The position numbers were made by a program, and so were the translations under genes. This document shows positions 8,656-18,165 of a DNA stretch of 63,154 nt, in pieces; positions within the stretch are counted from its first letter, which is position 1, and each line of letters starts with the position of its first letter. Location of the stretch: contig JBJEAV010000060.1 in NCBI GenBank assembly GCA_051869395.1, forward strand, positions 1 through 63,154. Direction: 5' to 3'. The notes under the pieces are model-generated. The model saw only the letters and a program-made list of their open reading frames with translations, was not told where the DNA came from and did not search any database. This DNA comes from Prevotella sp. (GTDB taxonomy: Bacteria > Bacteroidota > Bacteroidia > Bacteroidales > Bacteroidaceae).

Positions 8656-10059
8656 ATGTTTGACAAAAGCACTTATATCAGACGCCGAAATGAGCTGAAA
8701 AAACTCATTAATGACGGTATCGTAATCTTGTTCGGAAACAACGAGTCGCCGATGAACTATCCTGCCAATGCATATTATCCCCACAGGCAGGATTCGACAT
8801 TCATCTATTATTTCGGTCAGCACCGCGAGGGATTGGTGGGAGTGATTGATATCGACAACGACCGCGAGACTCTCGTGGGCGACGACATCGACGTGGTTGA
8901 CATCGTATGGTATGGCTCCGTCGATTCGGTCAGCGACCTTGCCGCCCAGGTGGGTGTGGAGAACACGCTCCCCATGAAGGGCTTGTCATCAATCGTGCAG
9001 GAGGCTCTTAAAAACAAGCGCAAGATTCACTTCCTGCCGCCTTACCGTCATGACAACATGATTCAGATAATGGACCTTCTTGGCATACATCCCAACCAAC
9101 AGAAAGAGTCGGCTTCGCTCGAACTCATCAAGGCGGTTGTTAAGATGCGATCCACCAAGGAGCCGCAGGAGATTGAGGCTATCGAAAGAGCCTGCGACGT
9201 GGGATATAAGATGCACACCAAGGCCATGCGCCTGATTCGTCCGGGAGTTACCGAGAAATTCATTGGCGGACAGGTGGACGGTATGGCCAACTCATACTCG
9301 TCGAAGGTGAGCTTTGCCACAATATTCAGCCAGCACGGCGAGATAATGCACGGCAATCCGTCGATGGCACTGCTTGAATCCGGACGACTGACCATCTGTG
9401 ATGCAGGTTGCGAGCTTGACGACTATTGCTCTGACAACACCCGCACAATGCCTGTCAACGGTAAGTTCGACCAGAGACAGCGCGAGATTTACTCCATCGT
9501 AGAGGCCTGTCATGACTATGCGCTCGACGTGGCAAAGCCAGGAGTGAAATGGTATGACGTGCACATGAACGTATGCCGCCTGATGACTGACAAGCTGAAA
9601 GAACTCGGACTTATGAAGGGCGACACAGAGGAAGCGGTTCTGGCCGGTGCCCATGCCATGTTCCTCCCTCACGGACTCGGACACATGATGGGGCTTGACG
9701 TTCATGACATGGAAGCTCTTGACCAGAAATACGTGGGCTTCGACGACGAAGTGCAACCATCCGACCAGTTTGGCACCAACTGCCTGCGTATGGGTCGCCG
9801 CCTGCAGGAAAATTTCGTCATGACTGACGAACCGGGTATCTACTTCATTCCGGCTCTTATCGACGACTGGAAGGCAAGCGGACACTGCAAGGAGTTCATC
9901 AACTTTGACTTGCTCGAGACATACAAGGACTTCGGAGGTATACGTATCGAGGACGACATACTTATCACTAACGACGGCTGCCGCTTCCTCGGCAAGAACC
10001 GCATCCCATATCATCCCGACGAGGTGGAAAAGTATATGGCAGAAAACAAGGAGTATTAA
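8656..10059 (+). CDS. pepP: Xaa-Pro aminopeptidase (M24B)
   Basis: RQDSTFIY, DAG, SDNTRT, HGLGHMMGLDVHD, EPGIYF, GGIRIEDD. Confidence 0.92.
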   Translation: MFDKSTYIRRRNELKKLINDGIVILFGNNESPMNYPANAYYPHRQDSTFIYYFGQHREGLVGVIDIDNDRETLVGDDIDVVDIVWYGSVDSVSDLAAQVGVENTLPMKGLSSIVQEALKNKRKIHFLPPYRHDNMIQIMDLLGIHPNQQKESASLELIKAVVKMRSTKEPQEIEAIERACDVGYKMHTKAMRLIRPGVTEKFIGGQVDGMANSYSSKVSFATIFSQHGEIMHGNPSMALLESGRLTICDAGCELDDYCSDNTRTMPVNGKFDQRQREIYSIVEACHDYALDVAKPGVKWYDVHMNVCRLMTDKLKELGLMKGDTEEAVLAGAHAMFLPHGLGHMMGLDVHDMEALDQKYVGFDDEVQPSDQFGTNCLRMGRRLQENFVMTDEPGIYFIPALIDDWKASGHCKEFINFDLLETYKDFGGIRIEDDILITNDGCRFLGKNRIPYHPDEVEKYMAENKEY

Positions 10060-10062
10060 TTA

Positions 10063-10211
10063 AACTTACGGAAGTAGTAAAAAGGAGATAAATGAAGATA
10101 AAGGAGATAGATGACGTATGTTTTAAGCATAGAATTTACTATTGTCCTTTATCTTCCTGAGCGACCACAGGGAGCGATAACTTCCTATATCTCCTTTTAA
10201 CTCCAAAAGTT
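10063..10211. repeat. Imperfect palindromic intergenic element
   Basis: aaaaggagata (10080-10090) / tatctcctttt (10188-10198) and gaagataaagga (10094-10105) / tcctttatcttc (10145-10156). Confidence 0.65.
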
Positions 10212-10246
10212 GAGTACATGCGAAACTTAAATAAAAAAATATAGAA

Positions 10247-11449
10247 ATGAAGAAATTAATTATCCTCTCGCTCGCCGTTCTCATCAGCGGCGGAGCAATG
10301 GCAGCCAAGAAAAAGGAGGTTGTCAACAAGAACAAGCCGGTGTTCACAACCGTATTGGAAAACAAAATTTCGAGCATCAAGGACCAGAGCCGTAGCGGCA
10401 CGTGCTGGAACTACTCCACCCTCTCCTACTTCGAGAGTGAGATACTGAAGAAGTCAGGCAAGGAATACAATCTCTGCGAGATGTTTGTATGCAACAAGAC
10501 ATATATGGACAGGGCTATCCAGGTTGTTCGTCTGCACGGTGACTGCCAGTTTGCCCAGGGCGGCTCATGCTACGACCCATTGTTCTGCATCCAGAACTAT
10601 GGTATCTGCCCTGAAGAGGCAATGCCCTTCCCCGGCTCTCTCTACGGTGATTCACTCAACAACTTCAACGAGTTTTTCGGAGTGATGGAACCTTACGTTG
10701 CCGCAGTGGCAAAGAGCGATGCAAAGAAACTGACTCCGCAGTGGAAGGTGGGACTCCAGGGCATCCTCGACGCATACCTTGGCAAGTGTCCTGAGAAGTT
10801 CACCTACGAAGGCAAGGAATACACCCCGAAGTCATTCGCTGCAAGCCTCGGACTCAACTGGGATGATTACGTGACAATCACATCATATACCCACCATCCG
10901 TTCTACACTCGCTTTGCAGTGGAGGTTCAGGACAACTGGCGCAACCCTCTGTCTTACAATGTGCCTATGGACGAGATGATGCAGATTATCGACAACGCCC
11001 TTGAACAGGGTTACACTATCGCATGGGGCGGTGACGTGAGCGAGGAAGGTTTCACACGCAAGGGTGTGGCATATAACTACGACGTCAAGCAGATGCAGAG
11101 CATGAAGGGAAGCGATGCCGCCAAGTGGATGCGTCTTGAGAAGGCAAAGAAGACCGAGCTCTTCGACTCACTCGGATGCAAGGCTCCCGAAATCATCCCC
11201 ACTCAGGAGATGCGCCAGCAGCGCTACGACAACTGGGAACTGACCGACGACCACGGAATGCTCATCTACGGCATCGCCAAGGACCAGTATGGCAAGGAGT
11301 ATTACATGGTGAAGAACTCATGGGGTGAGACAGGCGACTACAAGGGTATATGGTATATGACCAAGTCGTTCATTGCCGCCAACACCATGGACTATATGGT
11401 AAACAAGAACGCCATTCCGGCAGAAATCCGCAAGAAACTTGGAATATAA
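10247..11449 (+). CDS. Aminopeptidase C / C1 cysteine peptidase with signal peptide
   Basis: DQSRSGTCW catalytic Cys, DDHGMLIYG His, VKNSWG Asn. Confidence 0.92.
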   Translation: MKKLIILSLAVLISGGAMAAKKKEVVNKNKPVFTTVLENKISSIKDQSRSGTCWNYSTLSYFESEILKKSGKEYNLCEMFVCNKTYMDRAIQVVRLHGDCQFAQGGSCYDPLFCIQNYGICPEEAMPFPGSLYGDSLNNFNEFFGVMEPYVAAVAKSDAKKLTPQWKVGLQGILDAYLGKCPEKFTYEGKEYTPKSFAASLGLNWDDYVTITSYTHHPFYTRFAVEVQDNWRNPLSYNVPMDEMMQIIDNALEQGYTIAWGGDVSEEGFTRKGVAYNYDVKQMQSMKGSDAAKWMRLEKAKKTELFDSLGCKAPEIIPTQEMRQQRYDNWELTDDHGMLIYGIAKDQYGKEYYMVKNSWGETGDYKGIWYMTKSFIAANTMDYMVNKNAIPAEIRKKLGI

Positions 11450-13174
11450 ATGGACTTTGAGTGGAACTATACACCGCCGACAGAGGACAGGATACGCGCA
11501 GCCAAGGAATTGGCTGAGAAAATAGGCATGAGTCCGATTCTGGCTGACCTCCTCATACAAAGAGGAATAAAGACAGAATCGGCAGCCAAGCGATTCTTCC
11601 GTCCAATGCTCAGTGAGCTTATCGACCCATTTCTCATGAACGACATGGATGTGGCTGTCGATAGGCTCAATGATGCCATGGGGCGAAAGGAGCCTATCCT
11701 CGTATATGGCGATTATGACGTAGATGGATGCACGGCAGTGGCACTCGTCTATAAGTTCCTTCTGCAGTTCTATTCCAATATCGACTACTATATCCCCGAC
11801 CGCTATGAAGAGGGATATGGCGTGAGCCGAAAAGCCATCGAACAGGCCAAAGAGCGAGGCATCAAGCTCATCATCGTGCTCGACTGCGGCATCAAGGCTA
11901 TTGAGGAGATTGCATACGCCAAGGCACTTGGCATCGACTTCATCATCTGCGACCATCACGTGCCAGATGACGAGATGCCGCCTGCCGTGGCAATCCTTAA
12001 TCCCAAGAGGGCTGACACTACTTATCCCTTCCATCATCTCTCAGGATGCGGGGTGGGATTCAAGTTTATGCAGGCTTTTGCCAAAAACAATGGCATACCG
12101 TTCTCGCGCCTTATCCCGCTGCTTGATTTCTGCGCCGTAAGCATCGCTTCGGACATCGTGCCTGTGACGGGAGAAAACCGCACGTTGGCATTCCACGGCC
12201 TGAAGCAGCTCAACCAGAATCCGTCCATCGGACTGAAGGCCATCATAGAGACCTGCGGTCTCACGGGACGTGAACTGACAATGAGCGACATCGTATTCAA
12301 GATCGGTCCGCGCATCAATGCCTCTGGAAGAATGCAAAACGGCAAGGAGGCTGTTGACCTGCTCGTTGAAAAGGACTTCAAAAAAGCACTTTATCAGGCG
12401 AAACTAATCAATGGATATAACGAGCAACGCAAGGACATCGACAAGCAGATGACCGAAGAAGCCAACCAGATAGTTGAGAAACTTGAGAACCAAAGGCATC
12501 AGTCGTCAATTGTCCTGTATGACTCAGGATGGAAAAAGGGTGTCATCGGCATCGTTGCCTCACGCATCACGGAAATATACTTCCGCCCCACCATCGTGAT
12601 GACCATCAACGACGGCATGGCTACAGGCTCAGCACGCTCAGTGGCTGGTTTCGACATCTATGATGCCATAAAGAGCTGCCGTGACCTTTTGGACAATTTC
12701 GGAGGGCATACGTATGCTGCCGGACTGTCGATGAAGGTGGAAAACATACCGGCATTCAAGAAGCGTTTTCAGGCCTATGTTGATGAGCACATCCTGCCAG
12801 AGCAAACTCAGGCGATACTTGACGTGGAGGCAGTGATTGACTTCAAGGACATAACGAAAAAGCTGTTGGGCGACTTGAAGAAGTTTGCACCTCACGGTCC
12901 TTGTAATCCCCGTCCGCTTTTCTGCACACGCAATGTGTATGATTACGGTACAAGCAAGGTGGTGGGAAGGAATCAGGAGCATATCAAACTTGAACTCGTC
13001 GATAGCATGTCGAGCAACGTGGTCAACGGAATAGCATTCGGACAAAGTGCCTCAGCACGTTTCATCAAGAGCAAGCGCAGTTTCGACATTGTATATAATA
13101 TCATCGAGAATGCCTATAAGCACGGTGAAGTCCAACTGCAGATTGAGGACATTAAGCCAAACTTGGATAATTGA
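11450..13174 (+). CDS. recJ: Single-stranded-DNA exonuclease RecJ
   Basis: YGDYDVDG, DCG, DHH, PRINASGR, GSARS, FGGH.YAAG. Confidence 0.97.
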   Translation: MDFEWNYTPPTEDRIRAAKELAEKIGMSPILADLLIQRGIKTESAAKRFFRPMLSELIDPFLMNDMDVAVDRLNDAMGRKEPILVYGDYDVDGCTAVALVYKFLLQFYSNIDYYIPDRYEEGYGVSRKAIEQAKERGIKLIIVLDCGIKAIEEIAYAKALGIDFIICDHHVPDDEMPPAVAILNPKRADTTYPFHHLSGCGVGFKFMQAFAKNNGIPFSRLIPLLDFCAVSIASDIVPVTGENRTLAFHGLKQLNQNPSIGLKAIIETCGLTGRELTMSDIVFKIGPRINASGRMQNGKEAVDLLVEKDFKKALYQAKLINGYNEQRKDIDKQMTEEANQIVEKLENQRHQSSIVLYDSGWKKGVIGIVASRITEIYFRPTIVMTINDGMATGSARSVAGFDIYDAIKSCRDLLDNFGGHTYAAGLSMKVENIPAFKKRFQAYVDEHILPEQTQAILDVEAVIDFKDITKKLLGDLKKFAPHGPCNPRPLFCTRNVYDYGTSKVVGRNQEHIKLELVDSMSSNVVNGIAFGQSASARFIKSKRSFDIVYNIIENAYKHGEVQLQIEDIKPNLDN

Positions 13175-13207
13175 AGATTGAAAATTGAAGATTGAAGATT
13201 GAAAATT
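13170..13207 (+). repeat. Heptamer tandem repeat ATTGAA(G/A) x5.5 at the recJ-recQ junction
   Basis: attgaag attgaaa attgaag attgaag attgaaa att. Confidence 0.9.
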
Positions 13208-15099
13208 ACAAGGAGATACTGCGGAAATATTGGGGCTACCAGGATTTCCGCAGTATTCAGTTAGACATCATACAAAGCATAGGCAACGGGCGCGACACGC
13301 TCGGACTTATGCCTACAGGCGGAGGCAAGTCGATCACATTCCAGGTGCCTGCCCTCGCCATGGACGGAACATGCCTTGTCATCACACCACTCATCGCACT
13401 TATGAAGGACCAGGTGGAGAACCTCAGGCGAAGACACATAAAGGCTGCTTCCATCCATTCAGGAATGACCAGGGAACAAATCATCACCACACTCGAGAAC
13501 TGTATCTTCGGTGCAATAAAGATTCTGTACGTGTCGCCGGAGAGACTGTCATCGAGATTATTCCTGACCAAACTCAGGCATGTCAACGTCAGCTTCATCA
13601 CTGTTGACGAGGCTCACTGTATCACCCAATGGGGATATGACTTCCGTCCATCATACTTGAAAATTGCCGATCTGAGGGACCTTCTGCCCGGGAAACCAGT
13701 GCTCGCGCTTACAGCCACGGCAACACCCGCAGTCGTGGAGGACATACAGGACAAACTGAAATTCAGCGAGAAGAACGTCTTCAAGATGAGTTTCTTGCGC
13801 AGCAATCTTGCATACATCGTAAGAAACACCGAAAACAGACGGTTGGAGATGCTGCATATATTAAATAAGGTGAAAGGATGCGGCATCGTCTATACCCGCA
13901 ACAGACAGGAAACGAAGGAAATTGCAGAGTATCTGTGCGACAACGGCATAGAAGCCACATTCTATCACGCCGGACTTGCCAACATTACTAAAGACGAGAG
14001 ACAACGCGACTGGCAAGATGACAAAATCAGGATTATGGTGGCCACCAATGCATTCGGAATGGGAATCGACAAGCCTGACGTGCGCATAGTCATACACATG
14101 GAGGCTCCCGACTGCATAGAATCCTATTATCAGGAGGCGGGAAGAGCGGGACGAGACGGAAATACATCCTATGCAGTAATGCTCACCAACCGCTCTGACA
14201 TCAGAAGCCTGCGCAAAAGAGCAGCAGCCGAATTCCCCAAAAAGGACTATATCAGGAAGGTGTATGAACATATCGCCAGTTTCTTCCAGATAGCCGTTGG
14301 CTCGGGATATGGCATGGCTTTCAAATTCAACATACAGAAATTCTGCCGCAACTTCAATCATTATCCCGCTACGTTAGAGGCAGCACTACGACTGCTCGAA
14401 CAAGCCGGATATATTGAATATGACAATAGTGAAGACCGAAATTCGAGAGTGATGTTCATCCTGAAAAGGGATGAACTCTACAGGTTGCGCAACAACAGCA
14501 CAGTTGAGGACTTCCTGATTGAGACAATATTACGCAACTACAACGGACTATTCGTGGATTACGTAATGGTTGACGAGGAATACTTGGCTCACCTCATGGG
14601 CACCACGGAAGAAGAGGTGCATGAAACCCTCAAACTCTTAGGAAGAAAACATATCATCAGCTATATCCCCCCGAGAAACGAACCGCTGATAAGATACACC
14701 CAATCGAGGGAAATGACAGAGCACGTCTCTATACCTTATTATATATATGAGGAAAGGATAAAGAAAGTGAATGAACGCACTGAAGCCATGATTTCATACC
14801 TCACCTGCGACTCCGAATGTAGAAGCATACAACTGCAGAACTATTTCGGCGAGAAAAGCAACAGGGAATGTGGCATGTGCGACGTATGCGAAGGACGAAA
14901 AGACCATGAGGACGAAATGGAGTATGCCGTGCGCCGACTACTTGAATACCTTGCCGACGGAACACCGAGGACATTCCGCGAACTGCGCAACTTCGACCAC
15001 TCCATCGAGACCAATGTGCTCGCAAACGCACTCGATTATCTCCTGTCAGAAGAAAAAGTGACAACAGACAGCATACATATTGCAATAAATAACGTATAA
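13192..15099 (+). CDS. recQ: RecQ-family ATP-dependent DNA helicase (no HRDC domain seen)
   Basis: MPTGGGKS, VDEAHC, ALTATAT, ATNAFGMGIDK, QEAGRAGRDG, CR...CGMCDVC Zn site; no in-frame ATG, TTG start inside the heptamer array. Confidence 0.92.
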   Translation: MKIENYKEILRKYWGYQDFRSIQLDIIQSIGNGRDTLGLMPTGGGKSITFQVPALAMDGTCLVITPLIALMKDQVENLRRRHIKAASIHSGMTREQIITTLENCIFGAIKILYVSPERLSSRLFLTKLRHVNVSFITVDEAHCITQWGYDFRPSYLKIADLRDLLPGKPVLALTATATPAVVEDIQDKLKFSEKNVFKMSFLRSNLAYIVRNTENRRLEMLHILNKVKGCGIVYTRNRQETKEIAEYLCDNGIEATFYHAGLANITKDERQRDWQDDKIRIMVATNAFGMGIDKPDVRIVIHMEAPDCIESYYQEAGRAGRDGNTSYAVMLTNRSDIRSLRKRAAAEFPKKDYIRKVYEHIASFFQIAVGSGYGMAFKFNIQKFCRNFNHYPATLEAALRLLEQAGYIEYDNSEDRNSRVMFILKRDELYRLRNNSTVEDFLIETILRNYNGLFVDYVMVDEEYLAHLMGTTEEEVHETLKLLGRKHIISYIPPRNEPLIRYTQSREMTEHVSIPYYIYEERIKKVNERTEAMISYLTCDSECRSIQLQNYFGEKSNRECGMCDVCEGRKDHEDEMEYAVRRLLEYLADGTPRTFRELRNFDHSIETNVLANALDYLLSEEKVTTDSIHIAINNV

Positions 15100-15274
15100 A
15101 TATTCAAAACACCGCCCAATTTATTGATTTAAATGACAAAAAGTAAGTTTTTCGTGATTTTTTTAGATAAATTGTTTGCTAATTCCGATTTTTTATGTAA
15201 CTTTGCAGCCGCAAACAATAAATAGCAAGAAAAAAGATAAAAAACATAATTATAAACAACTAAAAAGAGAAATT

Positions 15275-16612
15275 ATGATTGCAGCACAAATTGTTGAGGA
15301 TCTCAAAAGAAGATTCCCGAATGAGCCTGAGTATATCCAGGCAGTAAGTCAAGTTCTTCCTACTATTGAGGAGGAGTACAACAAGCACCCCGAGTTTGAG
15401 AAATCAAACCTGGTAGAGCGTCTGTGCATTCCAGACCGAGTGATTGAGTTCAGGGTAACATGGGTTGACGACCAGGGCAAGGTGCAGACCAATATGGGTT
15501 ATCGCATCCAGCACAACAACGTTATCGGCCCGTACAAGGGTGGTATCCGCTTCCACAAGTCTGTTAACCTCGGAATCCTCAAGTTCCTCGCATTCGAGCA
15601 GACATTCAAGAATTCTCTTACCACATTGCCTATGGGTGGTGCAAAGGGTGGATCTGACTTCTCTCCCCGTGGCAAGAGCGAAGGCGAAGTTATGCGCTTC
15701 TGCCAGGCTTTCATGACTGAGCTTTATCGCCACATCGGTCCTGACGAGGATGTTCCCGCAGGAGACATCGGTGTTGGTGGACGTGAGGTTGGCTATATGT
15801 TCGGTATGTACAAGAAGCTCACCCACGAGTGGAGCGGCGTGTTGACAGGCAAGGGCCGCGAGTTCGGTGGTTCACTCATCCGTCCTGAGGCAACAGGTTA
15901 CGGTACAGTATATTTCCTCCTCTCCATGCTCGAGACACGTGGCATCAGCCTTGAGGGCAAGAAGGTGCTTATCTCAGGTTCTGGTAACGTTGCCCAGTAT
16001 GCCACCGAGAAGTGCATCCAGCTTGGAGCAAAGGTTCTCACACTCTCCGACTCCGACGGTTACATCTACGACCCCGACGGAATCGACCGTGCAAAGCTCG
16101 ACTATGTAATGGAGCTGAAGAACGTTGAGCGCGGACGTATCAAGGAGTATGCCGAGGAATATCCTAACGCAGTATATCACGCTGGCGAGCGTCCTTGGGG
16201 CGAGAAGGCTGACATCGCACTGCCTTGCGCAACCCAGAACGAAATCAACGGCGAACAGGCTCAGATGCTTGTTGACAACGGTGTATTCGCTGTAGCCGAG
16301 GGTGCCAACATGCCTTCTACTCCCGAGGCAGTCAAGGCATTCCAGGACGCCAAGATTCTCTACGCTCCCGGTAAGGCATCAAATGCCGGCGGTGTGGCAG
16401 TGTCAGGTCTTGAGATGAGCCAGAACTCAGAGCGTCTGAGCTGGACAGCCGAAGAGGTTGACAACCGTCTGAAGCTCATCATGAAGGACATCCACGAGAA
16501 CTGCGTGAAGTATGGTACACAGCCCGACGGATATATCAACTATGTCAAGGGTGCCAACGTAGCCGGATTCATGAAGGTGGCAAAGGCCATGATGGCCCAG
16601 GGTATTGTATAA
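15275..16612 (+). CDS. gdhA: Glutamate dehydrogenase (NAD(P)-specific)
   Basis: GPYKGGIRFH, GGAKGGSDF, DVPAGDIG, SGSGNVA, EGANMP; ATG 15275 downstream of TAACTTTG at 15198-15205. Confidence 0.97.
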   Translation: MIAAQIVEDLKRRFPNEPEYIQAVSQVLPTIEEEYNKHPEFEKSNLVERLCIPDRVIEFRVTWVDDQGKVQTNMGYRIQHNNVIGPYKGGIRFHKSVNLGILKFLAFEQTFKNSLTTLPMGGAKGGSDFSPRGKSEGEVMRFCQAFMTELYRHIGPDEDVPAGDIGVGGREVGYMFGMYKKLTHEWSGVLTGKGREFGGSLIRPEATGYGTVYFLLSMLETRGISLEGKKVLISGSGNVAQYATEKCIQLGAKVLTLSDSDGYIYDPDGIDRAKLDYVMELKNVERGRIKEYAEEYPNAVYHAGERPWGEKADIALPCATQNEINGEQAQMLVDNGVFAVAEGANMPSTPEAVKAFQDAKILYAPGKASNAGGVAVSGLEMSQNSERLSWTAEEVDNRLKLIMKDIHENCVKYGTQPDGYINYVKGANVAGFMKVAKAMMAQGIV

Positions 16613-16648
16613 CGTATATTATTTATCACATACACATATTATGGCAAT

Positions 16649-16682
16649 GGCAGATTCTTTCGGGAATCTGCCTTGTTTTTTA
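16649..16682 (+). terminator. Rho-independent terminator of gdhA
   Basis: ggcagattc-tttcgg-gaatctgcc followed by a T tract. Confidence 0.85.
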
Positions 16683-16799
16683 TTCTATAAATATACAATT
16701 TGGCAGGATTAAATGTTAAATTTGCCCTATTTTGACATATTTCATAAAAAAAGTCAATAAAAAGTTTGGTTAAGTGAAAAAATGTGCGTACCTTTGCAC

Positions 16800-16910
16800 C
16801 CGTTATCCTGAAAACAATCTTATTTACCGCTAATGAAAAGACTAGTACCTATTGAAGATATAGAGCGATTGTCTGTGAAGACAGTCGCTTTATTCGTATT
16901 ATAATACGAA
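16800..16910 (+). ncRNA. Candidate stand-alone small RNA (or 23-aa sORF 16833-16904)
   Basis: tttg (16765-16768) and TACCTTTG (16789-16796) promoter with no long ORF behind it; hairpin agcgattgtct-gtga-agacagtcgct (16864-16889) plus T-rich tail. Confidence 0.6.
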
Positions 16911-16936
16911 GAAACCAATGAAAATTATATATTTAT

Positions 16937-17109
16937 AGCCCCGAAGGGGCGACATAACATAGGATAGGGCGTAAGCCCTATCTACGAAGGCATCCCCCCC
17001 TCTCCCCTTCCTAACGCGCCTGAGGCGCGTTAGGAAGGGGAGAGAGAGAATAATTTCGTTATACACAGGGTTGACACCCTGTGCTAATGTATGTCGCCCT
17101 TTCAGGGCT
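16937..17109. mobile_element. REP/REPIN-like composite palindromic element
   Basis: Terminal agccccgaaggggcgacata / tatgtcgccctttcagggct; inner hairpins tagggcgtaagcccta and cagggttgacaccctg; central 21-bp perfect stem at 17000-17044. Confidence 0.75.
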
Positions 17110-17224
17110 TAAACAAACAGTACTGAGTAAGGCTGAATAGTTAGTATTTGACCAAATACAGTTAAATAATCATAAATAGAAAAATTTATTTCTAATTTCT
17201 AACCCCTAATTCCTAATTTATTAG

Positions 17225-17300
17225 TACCTTTGCAGCCGATTTTAGTCCGTGGAGGCTCAAACAAGCGAGGACACGAAGCCCTCCGCCTTGCGGAAACCGT
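17225..17300 (+). promoter_or_regulatory. rplU promoter (-7 TACCTTTG) and structured 5' leader
   Basis: TAnnTTTG at 17225-17232; tccg/cgga and ggaggct/agccctcc pairing in the leader. Confidence 0.55.
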
Positions 17301-17316
17301 TTTAAATTTTTAATAA

Positions 17317-17634
17317 ATGTACGCAATTGTAGAAATTAACGGTCAGCAGTTTAAGGCTGAACAGGGCCAGAAGCTCTTCGTTCACCACATCAAGAATTCA
17401 GAGGAAGGCCAGACTGTTGAGTTTGAGAAAGTCCTGCTCGTTGACAACGAGGGAGCTATCAAGGTTGGCGCACCTACCGTAGATGGTGCAAAAGTAGTGT
17501 GTGAGGTGGTTAATCCCCTCGTTAAGGGTGACAAGGTTATCGTCTTCAAGATGAAGCGCCGCAAGGACTATCGCAAGAAGAACGGACACCGCGAGCAGTT
17601 CACCCAGATTGAAGTTAAACAAGTAATCGCTTAA
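17317..17634 (+). CDS. rplU: 50S ribosomal protein L21
   Basis: [33 protein letters not shown]. Confidence 0.98.
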   Translation: MYAIVEINGQQFKAEQGQKLFVHHIKNSEEGQTVEFEKVLLVDNEGAIKVGAPTVDGAKVVCEVVNPLVKGDKVIVFKMKRRKDYRKKNGHREQFTQIEVKQVIA

Positions 17635-17653
17635 ATTTTAGGAGGACTAAGAA

Positions 17654-17917
17654 ATGGCACATAAAAAAGGTGTAGGTAGTTCTAAGAACGGACGTGAGTC
17701 AGCTTCACAAAGATTGGGCGTCAAGATCTGGGGTGGCCAGAAATGCGTGGCAGGTAACATCATCGTTCGCCAGCGCGGCACAAAGCACAACCCAGGCAAC
17801 AATGTTGGTATCGGCAAGGATGATACCCTCTTTGCATTGGTTGACGGAGTAGTAAACTTCAAGAAGGGACGCCGCAACAAGAGCGTCGTTTCTGTAATAC
17901 CAGTTGCAGAAGCCTAA
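17654..17917 (+). CDS. rpmA: 50S ribosomal protein L27
   Basis: [27 protein letters not shown]. Confidence 0.99.
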   Translation: MAHKKGVGSSKNGRESASQRLGVKIWGGQKCVAGNIIVRQRGTKHNPGNNVGIGKDDTLFALVDGVVNFKKGRRNKSVVSVIPVAEA

Positions 17918-17954
17918 TTTTTATCAATTAAGATAATTTATTCCAAACAAACAA

Positions 17955-17996
17955 CAGAGTCCCACATCTCTCACGAGGTGTGGGATTTCTGCTTTT
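17955..17996 (+). terminator. Terminator of rplU-rpmA
   Basis: cagagtcccacatctc-tcac-gaggtgtgggatttctg followed by ctttt. Confidence 0.8.
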
Positions 17997-18165
17997 ATGT
18001 GACTTAATGCCATCATTTAGTGACTTTCTGTCTGCTTTTCCGACACTTTATCTATGTTTTTTTACATTCTTCAACAAATAAACGTCATTTTGCTTCGCCA
18101 AATCATAATTATTTCGTAACTTTGCACCACTTAAAAGAAATAACGTTTAATTAAACAATAAGAAT

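Noticed and set aside
15176-15274. N-terminal extensions in the ORF track (gdhA, trmD, menA, prs, nucleotidase, DUF5103, GT2 at 37559)
   Set aside because: They run through promoter or UTR sequence; downstream ATGs match the family N-termini
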